Shown: positions 23,110 through 33,746, counted from the stretch's first letter. The stretch: 64,000 bases of DNA from an uncultured bacterium (GCA_963848965.1 CAWKFG010000004.1:224001-288000); one strand, 5' to 3'. Notes: generated from the letters alone by a model not told the origin. Made by a program: numbers and translations.

Positions 23110-23894
23110 AATATCTTTGTTTTATTATTAAGTGAGCAAAAAATAATCACCAAGAGACTACTGAGCACAAGCAAGAAAGTTGATAACGCATTTACTACAG
23201 GTGACGCACCAGAACGAATCATACTAAAAATATATAATGACAATGTTTGAGCTTCACTTCCTGCACAAAAGAACGATAAAATAAAATCATCAAACGAGAT
23301 AATAAACACTAAGAGTCCAGCAGCACTAACAGCAGGAAGCAATAGAGGAAATATAACTCTCCAGAATGTCTGTCCATAGGTAGCACCCAAATCGAGCGAT
23401 GCTTCAGTCATATGTTTATCAATTCCTAAAAAACGAGCGTACAAAATAGGAACTGTATATCCTAATCCTAAAACGGTATGGCCTACAATAAGGGTTTGCA
23501 GTCCCAAAGGGACTACTAAAAAAGAGAATAAGCTTAGCAATCCAGCAGCTAATACAATCTCTGGTACTATAATATTACCATAGAGAAAGAGAAAAAAACG
23601 GTTAAAACGCTGTGATACATTATGGTAATAAATAAGACCTAAACTCATTATACTACTTAAAAAAGTTGCAGAAAGCGCAACTATAAGAGAATTATAAAAT
23701 GCTTTCCAGAGAGCTGATGCATAATAGAGCTCTGTATACCATTCTGTAGTAAAGCCTTTCCATGGAGCAGGAAACGGCGCTGTATTGAATGAAAAAACGA
23801 CAAGCACTACCATAGGAATATAAAGAAAGAGATAAATAGCCGCAACAACAATAGACAGTCCTGTACCACTTGTTGCTCGTTCTAAAATATTCAT
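23106..23894 (-). CDS. potC: Polyamine ABC transporter permease
   Basis: FLYIPMVVLVVFSFN, EASLDLGA, SFDDF. Confidence 0.9.
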   Translation of the reverse strand: MNILERATSGTGLSIVVAAIYLFLYIPMVVLVVFSFNTAPFPAPWKGFTTEWYTELYYASALWKAFYNSLIVALSATFLSSIMSLGLIYYHNVSQRFNRFFLFLYGNIIVPEIVLAAGLLSLFSFLVVPLGLQTLIVGHTVLGLGYTVPILYARFLGIDKHMTEASLDLGATYGQTFWRVIFPLLLPAVSAAGLLVFIISFDDFILSFFCAGSEAQTLSLYIFSMIRSGASPVVNALSTFLLVLSSLLVIIFCSLNNKTKIF

Positions 23895-24751
23895 CTTTGT
23901 TCCTTTATGATTCTACGAGCTACAAGATATAACAATCCTACAAAAAGTATCAATGCACAAGAGCTTATCACCGTAAATGCAGCTCCTAAAGAAAGTGTGC
24001 GGTTTGCAAGAACATATTGAGAAATAACAGATCCTACAAACATATATTTTTCACCCCCCATTAAGCCAGGAATAGCAAACTCTCCAAAAGATGGTACAAA
24101 AACTAAAGCAAATCCTGAAAGAACACCAGAAATTGATAGAGGAAGCGTAATACGAGTCCAGGTATGCCATGATGTAGCACCCAAATCCGCTGAAGCTTCT
24201 AATAACTTTCGATCAAATCTTTCTAAAATAGAATAAATAGGTAATACCATAAAAGGAAGATAGCTGTATACCATAAGAAGCATAATCGCTATAAACGAAT
24301 TTAAAAGTTGTAATGGCTCATGAATAAGGCCTAAACGAAGTAAAATAGTATTTAAAAGGCCTCCCTTATCAAGCACAAAAAACCATGCATAGACATGCAG
24401 CAGAAAGTTTGTCCAAAATGGCAAAATTAAAAGAAAAAGAAAAAAGTTTTTTAATCGTCCTGCTTTAAATGATACAAAATAGGCAAGTGGATAACCTACT
24501 AAAAAACAGAGAATTCCATTTGCAAGAGCAAGAGCGAGCGACTTAAAAATAATAAAAAGATACGTAGAGCTAAAAAAATGAGTATAATTTTCAGTTGTTA
24601 CTCCTTGGTATACCCCAAATCCTGAAAACTTCAAGATACTTACTATTGCAATAACAATGAGCGGCAAATAAAAGAACAGTATTTGCCATAAAAGCACAGG
24701 CACTACTATAAAAAAGGGTTTTTCTCCTTTAAAATTTGTATGCATGCTCAT
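23891..24751 (-). CDS. potB: Polyamine ABC transporter permease
   Basis: GYPLAY, LPFWTN, YLPFMVLPIY, EASADLGA; ATGA overlap with potA. Confidence 0.9.
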   Translation of the reverse strand: MSMHTNFKGEKPFFIVVPVLLWQILFFYLPLIVIAIVSILKFSGFGVYQGVTTENYTHFFSSTYLFIIFKSLALALANGILCFLVGYPLAYFVSFKAGRLKNFFLFLLILPFWTNFLLHVYAWFFVLDKGGLLNTILLRLGLIHEPLQLLNSFIAIMLLMVYSYLPFMVLPIYSILERFDRKLLEASADLGATSWHTWTRITLPLSISGVLSGFALVFVPSFGEFAIPGLMGGEKYMFVGSVISQYVLANRTLSLGAAFTVISSCALILFVGLLYLVARRIIKEQR

Positions 24752-25839
24752 CGCTCCAGTAAGACAACGTTTTCTTTTTGCCAATAAAGATATACTTGAT
24801 TATCATAGTCAATAATTTCTTGCGGAAAATGCTCTTCATTCTGCTGAAAGACTTGTAACAACTCATTGTTGTTAAGCCGTATATTGTATTGAGTAGATCT
24901 TCCGTGGTAAATAATACCTTCAACAATTCCTTCAAGCATATTAGAAAAGCCGGACACTTTCTTTTTTGTGATATAAATCTTTTCTGGCCGCACACTCATA
25001 AGCACTGCATGACCTTCCTGCATCCACGACTTTATCTTAGGAATATAGATAGCAAAAGCACCTAACTGCGGAATATCAATAAGATTATCTTGAGGAGTAA
25101 ACCGCAAAGTACCATGTAAAATATTAGTACTGCCTACGAATTTTGCAACAAACGACGATACAGGAAACTCATAAATTTCCTTAGGAGTTCCAATCTGCTC
25201 AACTTCTCCATTATGGTTCATAATTGCCATCTGATCTGCAACTGTTAATGCTTCTAGCTGATCATGCGTAACATAAATGAATGTCGTTTGAAGCTTTTCT
25301 TGAAGTTCGATAAGTTCAACAAGCATGCGCTCTCGCAGCTTAAAATCAAGTGCAGCTAATGGTTCATCTAAAAGCAGCACTTCCGGTTCATTTACTACTG
25401 CACGTGCAAGTGCTACTCGTTGTTGCTGTCCTCCTGAGAGTTGGCTAATAGCTTTGTAGACATGTGCTTCCAAATGCACTGTCTTTAAGACTTTCATAAC
25501 CTTCTCTTTAATAACATCTTGTGACAGCTTACGTATACGTAAACTATAAGCTACATTATCAAAAACGTTCAGATGAGGAAACAGTGCATAATTTTGAAAT
25601 ACAGTATTAATGCGACGCTGATTAATAGGAAGATGCGTAATATCTTGGTTACCTAAAAAGATTTTTCCGCTGTTTACTTCTTCAAAGCCGCCAATTAAAC
25701 GTAAAAGCGTAGTCTTCCCGCATCCGCTTGGACCAAGCAAAGCAAAAAACTTTCCTGACGGAATATCAAGACTAATATTTTCCAAAATAGGTTCACCATT
25801 ATAAGACTTGGTTACGTTATCTATTTTAATGCTTCTCAT
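24748..25839 (-). CDS. potA: Polyamine ABC transporter ATP-binding protein
   Basis: GPSGCGKT, FQNYALFPH, LSGGQQQR, LLLDEP, C-terminal TOBE-like region. Confidence 0.93.
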   Translation of the reverse strand: MRSIKIDNVTKSYNGEPILENISLDIPSGKFFALLGPSGCGKTTLLRLIGGFEEVNSGKIFLGNQDITHLPINQRRINTVFQNYALFPHLNVFDNVAYSLRIRKLSQDVIKEKVMKVLKTVHLEAHVYKAISQLSGGQQQRVALARAVVNEPEVLLLDEPLAALDFKLRERMLVELIELQEKLQTTFIYVTHDQLEALTVADQMAIMNHNGEVEQIGTPKEIYEFPVSSFVAKFVGSTNILHGTLRFTPQDNLIDIPQLGAFAIYIPKIKSWMQEGHAVLMSVRPEKIYITKKKVSGFSNMLEGIVEGIIYHGRSTQYNIRLNNNELLQVFQQNEEHFPQEIIDYDNQVYLYWQKENVVLLER

Positions 25840-26536
25840 TTCTATTGGCACCTGCAAAATACATAGGAACTATGACATCTGAAAATGTACAAGGAATCAC
25901 AATTGCTACTACTAAAAAAAGAAATACATAACCCATCTGCGGATACCACTTATCAAATCCGTGAGCAACCATATAAAATAGTGCAGCTAACGAGCTAATA
26001 AGAATATGAATAAAATGGGATCCCAATGAAAATACACGTAACATAGAAGAATGATGGTACCTCAACACCAGACCATTTAAAATACCAACACCAAGAAAAG
26101 GAAGGACATTCTGCAATTCTCTATGAAAGCAGATATGCAACTCCATTTCTATACCTAAAGCTCTTCCTGAAAGATACGGTAATATCACGTCTGAAAGCAT
26201 ACAAAAAACTGCTGGTGAAATAGTGCCTACAATAAGAGCTTTGCCAATACTATGAGAAAAGCGCGAAAAGGTGATAATTGTTCCTGTTGCTGCAAAAAGT
26301 ATATGCAAAAAGTGAAAGCTATGAAAAAGCATATGATAGCCAGAACATCGTGCTTCACGGGCAGCAAGACCAAATGATTGTACGGTAGCCGAATAATCTA
26401 ATAAGCTCAATATGACCATACCCAACGCTACTGAAAATATTGCATAGGGAAGATGATGTAAAAGTTCTGCCTTAAGTGAATAATCGTGATGATGATGATC
26501 ATTATGAATGTGTGATGTATGCGTAGTATTATGCAT
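25826..26536 (-). CDS. His-rich multi-pass membrane protein of unknown function
   Basis: Likely start MHNTTHTSHIHNDHHHH at 26536; about 6 TM segments containing His; overlaps the potA start. Confidence 0.7.
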   Translation of the reverse strand: MHNTTHTSHIHNDHHHHDYSLKAELLHHLPYAIFSVALGMVILSLLDYSATVQSFGLAAREARCSGYHMLFHSFHFLHILFAATGTIITFSRFSHSIGKALIVGTISPAVFCMLSDVILPYLSGRALGIEMELHICFHRELQNVLPFLGVGILNGLVLRYHHSSMLRVFSLGSHFIHILISSLAALFYMVAHGFDKWYPQMGYVFLFLVVAIVIPCTFSDVIVPMYFAGANRNEKH

Positions 26537-26779
26537 GATTCTCGAAGTAAAGATACGTGAATAATATTTTGTTCTCTTTATTGAATATACGCTTTTTCTA
26601 TAAGAAAGCAAAAAGCCTACTTTGTTTAGGGTACTTTTTATAGTACCTCTTTTTTTTATAAAAAGCCAGCTACTATCATGATTTTCGGCGTTGCCAAAAA
26701 AATAAAAGTACATAGACTTAGATAAAAATGAATCACGTCTGTGATAACCCTTTACGCGAAATAGCATGAAAGGATGTAT

Positions 26780-27589
26780 ATGCGTATACTTTTTACTCTT
26801 ACCTTCCTTCTTTTTACCTCTAGCGGATTCGCTCATGAACCATTGGGAGACAACTCTGATCTTGATACAGATATATCAGAAGACATAACACGTGGTCCTA
26901 GAGAACACGCAGAAGGAATCTCACTTATTGGAGCCAATCTTTCCCCTCAAAACGAAAAGTTTGTAAAAGACCTTATGAAAGAGCTTGATGTAGATTATGG
27001 CCTCACTCTTTTACAACCGTCCGCTTACTTAAAAGAAATAAGTCCTCAATTTGCTTATGAAGCTGTTTTTCTAGCTGAATACTATACGCTCTTTATTAAC
27101 GAAGAATGGCTTAACAAACTCTCTGAACAAGAAAAGCGCTTTCTTATTGGAAAAAATCTTTTAAAAATTAAAAATCAATTACCGTACTTTAAACGAGCAA
27201 AAAAGCACTTTCTAAGAACAGCAGGCTTTCGTATAGGAGAATTTGTTTCTACACTTATACTCTATAAGTACCTTGGAAGAACAGAAACATTCAAAGGATC
27301 TGGTTGGTGGAAGAGATTACAAAGGCTCAGTATTGCCCTTATTCCTACGTTCTTATTTGAAGTACTTATCCAGCGCCCTCTTGCTAAAAAAACTGAAGAG
27401 CAAATGCTTTTTGATGATGCAAAATATGCTGTAGAGACGCTCAACTGTCATGACGGAGCTCTACAACTGTATAACCGTCTTAAGGAAGAACTTGCGCCAC
27501 AGGCACAAACTTCCTATTGGTACTATTACTATAAAGGCTTAGAAAAACTGATACCGTATATTGAATCTTTAAAAGCTCAAAAAGCTTAA
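26780..27589 (+). CDS. Secreted M48-peptidase-like protein lacking HExxH
   Basis: Signal peptide; LFINEEWLNKLSEQEKRFLIG followed by KNLLK where HExxH is expected. Confidence 0.6.
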   Translation: MRILFTLTFLLFTSSGFAHEPLGDNSDLDTDISEDITRGPREHAEGISLIGANLSPQNEKFVKDLMKELDVDYGLTLLQPSAYLKEISPQFAYEAVFLAEYYTLFINEEWLNKLSEQEKRFLIGKNLLKIKNQLPYFKRAKKHFLRTAGFRIGEFVSTLILYKYLGRTETFKGSGWWKRLQRLSIALIPTFLFEVLIQRPLAKKTEEQMLFDDAKYAVETLNCHDGALQLYNRLKEELAPQAQTSYWYYYYKGLEKLIPYIESLKAQKA

Positions 27590-27594
27590 CATAA

Positions 27595-27616
27595 AAGGGC
27601 ATCATACGATGCCCTT
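27595..27616. terminator. Intrinsic terminator
   Basis: AAGGGCATC-ATAC-GATGCCCTT. Confidence 0.7.
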
Positions 27617-27650
27617 ATTATTTTTCTTCAAGCTCCATAAGGCAGTTGAC

Positions 27651-28622
27651 TCAAGTTCCTTTGGCAAAGACTTCTTGGAGAGTAGCTTGAGCAAGGGCCA
27701 AAGCCGCTTGTGTAGATGGACTATCTGCAAGTGGATTTAACATAACAAAATCATGAATAGCTCCTAAGCAGCGCATAGCTCTTACCTGTACTCCTGCTTG
27801 CATCAGTTTATGAGCATATGCTTCAACTTCATCCCGTAATACATCGTTCTCTGCGCTAATAATAAGAGCAGGAGGAAGTCCTTTTAAGTGCTCAAGAGAG
27901 GCACTTAAAGGAGATAGTATATAGGCACTACGAGCTGCCTTGCTAGGCTCATAAGCATTCCAAAACCATTCCATTGCAGCTTTTGTTAACCATGGTCCTT
28001 GAGCAAACTCTTCGTACGAACGTGTATTGAAGCTCGCATCGGTTACTGGATAAAAAAGAACCTGGTACATAATAGAAGGACCTTTGCGCTCTTTAGCAAG
28101 TAATGTAACTGCTATTGCCATATTACCACCAACACTATCGCCAACCACAACCAACCGAGATGTATCAAGATTAAACTCTCGGCCATGCTGTGCAATATAT
28201 TCAGTTGCTGCATACGCCTCTTCTACTGCGACAGGATAATGAGCCTCTGGTGAAGGCGTATATTTAACAAAGACTACAGCCGACTGAGTACTGGAAGCAA
28301 TTCTACGAATAAGGTGGTCATGCGTATGCTCATTACCTAATATCCAGCCTCCTCCATGAAAAAACATAATAACAGGCAGAACATCGTTGCTCGAACGAAC
28401 AATACGAAGACCAATAGTTCCTTTTGGACCTGCTGGAATAGAGATATCTTCAATATGTACAGGTATCTCTTTAACCGGCTCTTTTTGCACAGTATTAAGA
28501 ACTTCACGAGCTTCTGCAATAGAAAGCGTATAAAGAGGAGGTCCTCCCTGTGCTTCTAACTTTTTAACAAACTGTGCAGTTGTAGGATCGAGTCTCTGTA
28601 TTACATCCTTATGTTCCATCAT
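27651..28622 (-). CDS. Alpha/beta hydrolase, HSL-family esterase
   Basis: HGGGW, GDSVGG, ENDVLRDE, HDF. Confidence 0.92.
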   Translation of the reverse strand: MMEHKDVIQRLDPTTAQFVKKLEAQGGPPLYTLSIAEAREVLNTVQKEPVKEIPVHIEDISIPAGPKGTIGLRIVRSSNDVLPVIMFFHGGGWILGNEHTHDHLIRRIASSTQSAVVFVKYTPSPEAHYPVAVEEAYAATEYIAQHGREFNLDTSRLVVVGDSVGGNMAIAVTLLAKERKGPSIMYQVLFYPVTDASFNTRSYEEFAQGPWLTKAAMEWFWNAYEPSKAARSAYILSPLSASLEHLKGLPPALIISAENDVLRDEVEAYAHKLMQAGVQVRAMRCLGAIHDFVMLNPLADSPSTQAALALAQATLQEVFAKGT

Positions 28623-28834
28623 AACTCCAATAAGCGTATATCGACATGCTTTGTTTTATGATGAAAAAAGAAGATGCAAAATGTCAAGAAAACAAGCCCT
28701 CATTCTTACTCAATGCACTAGAGTAGTTCACAATGCTTTTTTATCTCTTGAGCTTAAGCTGTTGAGAAAAATGTAAATAAAGGTACCTTAATAAAGAGTT
28801 CAATTGAATCTTTGTAAATTAAGGCAGACTACCT

Positions 28835-30148
28835 ATGAATAGTATTAAGAAAATGTTACTTATTTTAGTAACTTTAGCATGTGCAGTTCCGCTAGGAGCA
28901 TTACCTATACGCAGCTTAAAAAATGTAGGCAATAGTTGTTTTATAAATGCCACAATTCAATGTCTTTCCCACATTGATAGCATGGCACTCTCTATACTTT
29001 TTGAAAAAGATGATTACTACAAGAAAAAATCGCTTGCAGCTCGTTATCGAAAACTTCTTAAGGAATTAAATAGTGAACAAGCGAGTGATAATAAAGTAAA
29101 GAAGCAGCTCAAAAAATTCTGTTCACAAAGTTGGGAAACTCTCGGTGTAAGAAAATATAGCCAACAGGATGCTGCAGAGCTTATTGATACTCTTTTTAAT
29201 CATATAACTGACTACGATATACAAGATACAGTTAAAGATACGTTGCCTTTCTACCCAGGCACTTATCAACCACAAACAATGCTGTCGAATCTCTTTTTCT
29301 CATGCGTTCATTCAATTCTTACGCCATTAGGACTCTTTGCACTTCCTTCTGTAAAAACAGAGCCTGTTAGTATGTTAACTATCCCATTTACACCTAAAGC
29401 TCTTACGTTAGAAGACTGCTTATCTGCTTATTTTATGCCAACAAAGCTTACAGGAAACGAAAAAATAACATACTTACCAGGCATTCGTGTAGATGCTCTG
29501 AAACGGCTTGCACTTAAGCATACTTCAGAATATCTTATTATACGACTTAATAGAAATAAGTTTACTGTTGAACATGATAGAAAGAACAACAAAGTATTTG
29601 TATCTACTAAGCTTTCTGAACCTGTAAGTTTTCCACTTACTCATCTTGATGTATCGCCATATTTTGATCTTGGATGTAAGCAAGAAGGCTATAAATATAA
29701 TCTTATATCATTTATTGTTCATGTTGGAAGCAGTGCATCATCAGGGCACTACACTGCTTATGTAAAAAATGAGGATGGATGGCATTATTGCGATGATAGA
29801 TCTATCATTAAAATAACAAATAAACAAATAGAGGACATTGCAAAGCGCGGATACGCCATTGACCCTCTACATTTGTTATTTCCAGAAAGTCAGCCACAAG
29901 AGAATATCAAAACAAGTAAACGACAAACGCCTGTTCTGTTTTTCTATGAAAAAGAGCCACGAGCGACTGATGAGTCAAAAGTTCCAGAGATAGCTTCACA
30001 TGAAGAAGTACTCAAGATAGCAAAAGATAAAGAGAACTCTCCCTCTATCATCCAAGAGACAGAGAAAAAAGTCTCAACAGAAATTCAGAGAAATACTCGT
30101 GATGTAGATTTGTTCACTTCTGATGAAGACTGTATAATACTCAATTAA
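28835..30148 (+). CDS. Secreted ubiquitin-specific protease (peptidase C19/USP)
   Basis: Cys box LKNVGNSCFINATIQCL, QQDAAE, His box VHVG..SGHYTAYVK..W..CDD; signal peptide. Confidence 0.9.
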   Translation: MNSIKKMLLILVTLACAVPLGALPIRSLKNVGNSCFINATIQCLSHIDSMALSILFEKDDYYKKKSLAARYRKLLKELNSEQASDNKVKKQLKKFCSQSWETLGVRKYSQQDAAELIDTLFNHITDYDIQDTVKDTLPFYPGTYQPQTMLSNLFFSCVHSILTPLGLFALPSVKTEPVSMLTIPFTPKALTLEDCLSAYFMPTKLTGNEKITYLPGIRVDALKRLALKHTSEYLIIRLNRNKFTVEHDRKNNKVFVSTKLSEPVSFPLTHLDVSPYFDLGCKQEGYKYNLISFIVHVGSSASSGHYTAYVKNEDGWHYCDDRSIIKITNKQIEDIAKRGYAIDPLHLLFPESQPQENIKTSKRQTPVLFFYEKEPRATDESKVPEIASHEEVLKIAKDKENSPSIIQETEKKVSTEIQRNTRDVDLFTSDEDCIILN

Positions 30149-30169
30149 GATTCGTAATTCTTATATACA

Positions 30170-30199
30170 AAAAAGGTGTAGCATAAGCTACACCTTTTT
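30170..30199. terminator. Bidirectional terminator
   Basis: AAAAAGGTGTAGC-ATAA-GCTACACCTTTTT. Confidence 0.85.
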
Positions 30200-30217
30200 A
30201 CTCAAACAAAAACTCTT

Positions 30218-30781
30218 TTAAGCAGCGAGAGCTTGTTTTGCTTTTTCTGCTTGTACTTGCTTTGCTTTTGCTGCTTGCACTTCTTTTAATGGTTTTACTA
30301 TTAAATAATAGAAAAGAGCACCAAAACTTCCTGTTGCAGCTAACCCATAAAAGAGAGAGCTTGGTTTAGCAGGAAGTTTTTGTGAAAACTGCTGATTTTT
30401 TGCTTCTTGCACATTACTTGTAGCAGGTGCAGCTTTGGCGTCTACAGGAGCAGTACCTTGCGGAGCTGCATTTTCAGAAGTTCCTGAATTGGAGACTGGT
30501 GGTACAGCTTCAGGCATTTGCACAGTCTTAGTATCTGAAGTATCTGTTTTTATCTCCACAGTTACTGGTGGAACCGGCTTTTCAACTGGTACCTGAGGCT
30601 CCTGATTTACTGTGATAATCACCTCTGGTTGTGTACTTGGCTTAACCGGAGGCTTACTATGTAAAGTAGCTGTGTTACCACGAGGAGAAAGAGAAAGCGC
30701 TTCAGTAGTAGGTGAAGCAACATCTGCCATACCATAGCAATATGCTGAACTTACAAGAACAATAAATAATTTCTTCATCAT
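30218..30781 (-). CDS. Secreted P/T/A-rich low-complexity protein with a C-terminal TM helix
   Basis: Signal peptide, disordered Pro/Thr/Ala linker, TM segment LFYGLAATGSFGALFYYLIV, basic tail. Confidence 0.7.
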   Translation of the reverse strand: MMKKLFIVLVSSAYCYGMADVASPTTEALSLSPRGNTATLHSKPPVKPSTQPEVIITVNQEPQVPVEKPVPPVTVEIKTDTSDTKTVQMPEAVPPVSNSGTSENAAPQGTAPVDAKAAPATSNVQEAKNQQFSQKLPAKPSSLFYGLAATGSFGALFYYLIVKPLKEVQAAKAKQVQAEKAKQALAA

Positions 30782-30881
30782 GTGTTTACCCGTTATGGTT
30801 AAATGGTTATAACAACAATACCCACTATAGCACAGAGTGTAGTGCGATAAAATAAAAAGAGCAACTATCTTTCCAACTCAG

Positions 30882-33746
30882 CTAGAAAGCATGTCCTAAT
30901 GTTAAGAACCATGCATAGCGCCTATCTTTTTCATCACGTTTTTTCCACTTCCATCCTATATCAAATCGTATAGGGCCAATGGGTGTTGCACAACGTAATC
31001 CAAACCCCGTAGCGCCCAGCCATTTGTGTGCTTGAATATCTGCAAACTTGTTTTGTGCTAGTACACCCATATCAGTAAAAACTACTCCACTTAGCCACCT
31101 ATACAAAGGAAATCGAACTTCTGCATTAACATTAACCATTGATTTGCCTCCGATCGGTAACCAACTGCGCTCATGCTTACTTGTTACAAAAGAGTTAAGA
31201 GGAGGAACCATATCAGTTTCATAACCACGCAATGAAGTAGCTCCTCCTAAGTAAAAGCGTTCTGTCGGCAATATAGTAGAAAATTCTGCATTAAAGATAT
31301 GACCACATCTAAACCGTAGTGCTCCAATAATCGATTTATACAAAGGATAAACAAACGACTGTTCTAAAAGAGCTTTTACAAAAAAGCCTTTGTGAATACG
31401 CAGTGGAAACATACCACGTAGCGAAAGAAACGTAAAAGTACCTTTGGTAGGATCTAATTTATTATCAAAACTGTCCCACAAAAATGATGATTCAAGATAA
31501 AAGTATGGTTCTCGCTTATCGATTAATTGTGGTTTAAATTGAATAACAGGTGCAAGCCGCTCTGAAAGCCCAGAAAGCTTACTCAACTCGAATCCTACAG
31601 TACCACTTACCTGACCTTGCGGATATGCATGAGTGACACTTACTGAAAGGCCATCATGCGCTTCTTTGTATAAGCGCTCTTTACTTCCTCCCCCAATTGG
31701 CTGCTCGTACCGATCAGTGTAAATTTGATAGACTGATCGTAAAGGATAGTTACATGTCCATGGTATCTCATAAGAAAAAGCAGCATTACGTGTATACCGA
31801 GTAAGATCTGCATCCAATCGTAACTGATCTGCAATACCACAAGGATTTTTCCACAAAAAAGAGCCTCCTACTCTATAGGTAGTACCAGAGAGATTGGTAA
31901 AACTTGTGCTCATTTGCTGGAACCCAAAGCGCGTTCGTATCTCAAAGGGATCGTCTTCTACCACCTTTAGGATCATAGTTTTAGTACCCTCTTCCGTTGC
32001 AACATTATACGGAGCAAGTGAAACAGATTCAAACATGTTAAGTGCTTTCAGCCGCTTAATAGTTTGATCAATTTTTTCTTTACTCCAGGGATCCCCTTCT
32101 TTGTATTGTAGTTCACGCAAAATAATATCTGACTTTATCTTACCAGTACTTGCAAGCACCGTTTTTCCAAAGCGCACTTTTGCTGCATGATCAATATGCC
32201 ATACAAGCATAGTACCATCTTTTTGAGTGACAAATTCAGGATGAACAGCTACATACAAACTACCCCTTTGCTTAAAGTATTTGAGTAACCATTGTCGCTG
32301 TTCTTGTATCAAATGTACATCAAATGGCCGTGGCTTTTGTAGACTCGCCCACTCTTTAAAAGGCTCTTCTTTTAGTAGGTGAGGATATCCTGCTATAGTA
32401 ATACCAGTAAGCATTCTTCTTTGACCAAGCTCTAGTGTAAGCACAAGTTCGTATTGCATATCTTCTAAAGGAACAAAATCTTGTTTTACTACTTTAAAAT
32501 CCCAGAATCCTTGCTTAATATGTTCAGTGCCAAACTTATCAAGTGCGTTCGCAAGAGCTGCTGCATCAAAATAGGGCTGCTTTAAAAAATCTGTAAACGT
32601 ACGCTTTATAAGAGTTTGTGTAGCAGGTGAGGTATCTCCTTTAACGCTTACAGAAGAAACGCGCATACGAGGCCCTTCATTAATAACAAAGTAAAATCGC
32701 TCTGATTCTTCTTTCCATTCAACTTTTACCTGCCAAAAACCCTGTTTTTTATAAAGAGTACTAATATCTTCAGCAAGTAATGAAGGAGGTATAAGAAGAG
32801 CAGAACTTCCTACCACTAAAAGCTCATTAAGAAGATGCTCAGAAGAGTAAAAGTGATTACCAAAAAATACAAAACGTTTTTTTTGGTACAGCGTAATAGT
32901 AAATGAAAGAGCTACAGTCTTATCTTTTTCATGAATCTTTTTTGTAAGCTCTATTTTAGGATTAAGATATCCTCTATGCGAAAGGTAGGTTCTTACTTCT
33001 TGTATATGGTGTTCAATAAGCGATCGAGAATAATAATTAGTTCGTAATTTATCTAAAGATGCTCGTACACGCTCTTCTACTTTTTTACATTCTTCATTAC
33101 ACTGAGCTTCATGTACTTTAACAGAGACAGCACTATCATTGATAATAAAACGATCTGTATTCTCTAGATGTAATGTTACGAGTACTCGTTTTGTATCTTT
33201 GTCATAGGTAATATAATCAGTAACTTTTGCATGTAAATAGCCATTTTTTTGAAGTTCTTGTTCAACTTTTACAAGTGAATGCTGATGCTTAGCAAGGTCA
33301 AAAGGCTCGCCCGGCTCCAAGAGGTAATAATGCTCATACCTATCTTTGCCGACGAGCCATCCTTTAAATTTGACCTTAAAAAATGTCCATGCACTTTTAA
33401 GAGCGAAAGTAAGTTCTTTACCTTGAGCACCATCAACAGCTGTAATAACTACTGTATCAAACTTATTCTTTCTTTTTAAATGCCAACAAGCTCGCTTTAT
33501 ATCTTCAGGAGTAATCCACGATTGCTCTTTAAGAGAGACTAAATACCGAAGCTCTTTTTCTGCCATCGGTATATCTGAGGTAAAGATAAGCTTACTCAGA
33601 AAAAATCGTTCTTTAAAACTGGTGTCTACAAGCGAAAACTTCTCATCTGCTGTAGGTAATAAGCTAATATCTATACTGCTTGTAAAAAGCATACAAGAGT
33701 AAAGACTTATGCCTAGTATACAAAGTATTCTATAACGTACTACCAT
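30882..33746 (-). CDS. Omp85 family (BamA/TamA-like) outer membrane protein with POTRA domains
   Basis: POTRA repeats (GYL.A.V, INEGPR), FYLGGATSLRGY, TPIGPIRFD, terminal LGHAF. Confidence 0.9.
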   Translation of the reverse strand: MVVRYRILCILGISLYSCMLFTSSIDISLLPTADEKFSLVDTSFKERFFLSKLIFTSDIPMAEKELRYLVSLKEQSWITPEDIKRACWHLKRKNKFDTVVITAVDGAQGKELTFALKSAWTFFKVKFKGWLVGKDRYEHYYLLEPGEPFDLAKHQHSLVKVEQELQKNGYLHAKVTDYITYDKDTKRVLVTLHLENTDRFIINDSAVSVKVHEAQCNEECKKVEERVRASLDKLRTNYYSRSLIEHHIQEVRTYLSHRGYLNPKIELTKKIHEKDKTVALSFTITLYQKKRFVFFGNHFYSSEHLLNELLVVGSSALLIPPSLLAEDISTLYKKQGFWQVKVEWKEESERFYFVINEGPRMRVSSVSVKGDTSPATQTLIKRTFTDFLKQPYFDAAALANALDKFGTEHIKQGFWDFKVVKQDFVPLEDMQYELVLTLELGQRRMLTGITIAGYPHLLKEEPFKEWASLQKPRPFDVHLIQEQRQWLLKYFKQRGSLYVAVHPEFVTQKDGTMLVWHIDHAAKVRFGKTVLASTGKIKSDIILRELQYKEGDPWSKEKIDQTIKRLKALNMFESVSLAPYNVATEEGTKTMILKVVEDDPFEIRTRFGFQQMSTSFTNLSGTTYRVGGSFLWKNPCGIADQLRLDADLTRYTRNAAFSYEIPWTCNYPLRSVYQIYTDRYEQPIGGGSKERLYKEAHDGLSVSVTHAYPQGQVSGTVGFELSKLSGLSERLAPVIQFKPQLIDKREPYFYLESSFLWDSFDNKLDPTKGTFTFLSLRGMFPLRIHKGFFVKALLEQSFVYPLYKSIIGALRFRCGHIFNAEFSTILPTERFYLGGATSLRGYETDMVPPLNSFVTSKHERSWLPIGGKSMVNVNAEVRFPLYRWLSGVVFTDMGVLAQNKFADIQAHKWLGATGFGLRCATPIGPIRFDIGWKWKKRDEKDRRYAWFLTLGHAF

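Noticed and set aside
26537..26836. N-terminal 100-aa extension of ORF 25826-26836
   Set aside because: It overlaps the divergent gene and reads like intergenic sequence; the His-rich Met at 26536 is the better start
30131..30148. CaaX prenylation motif (CIIL) at the USP C-terminus
   Set aside because: An extra Asn follows (CIILN*), so it is not a canonical CaaX
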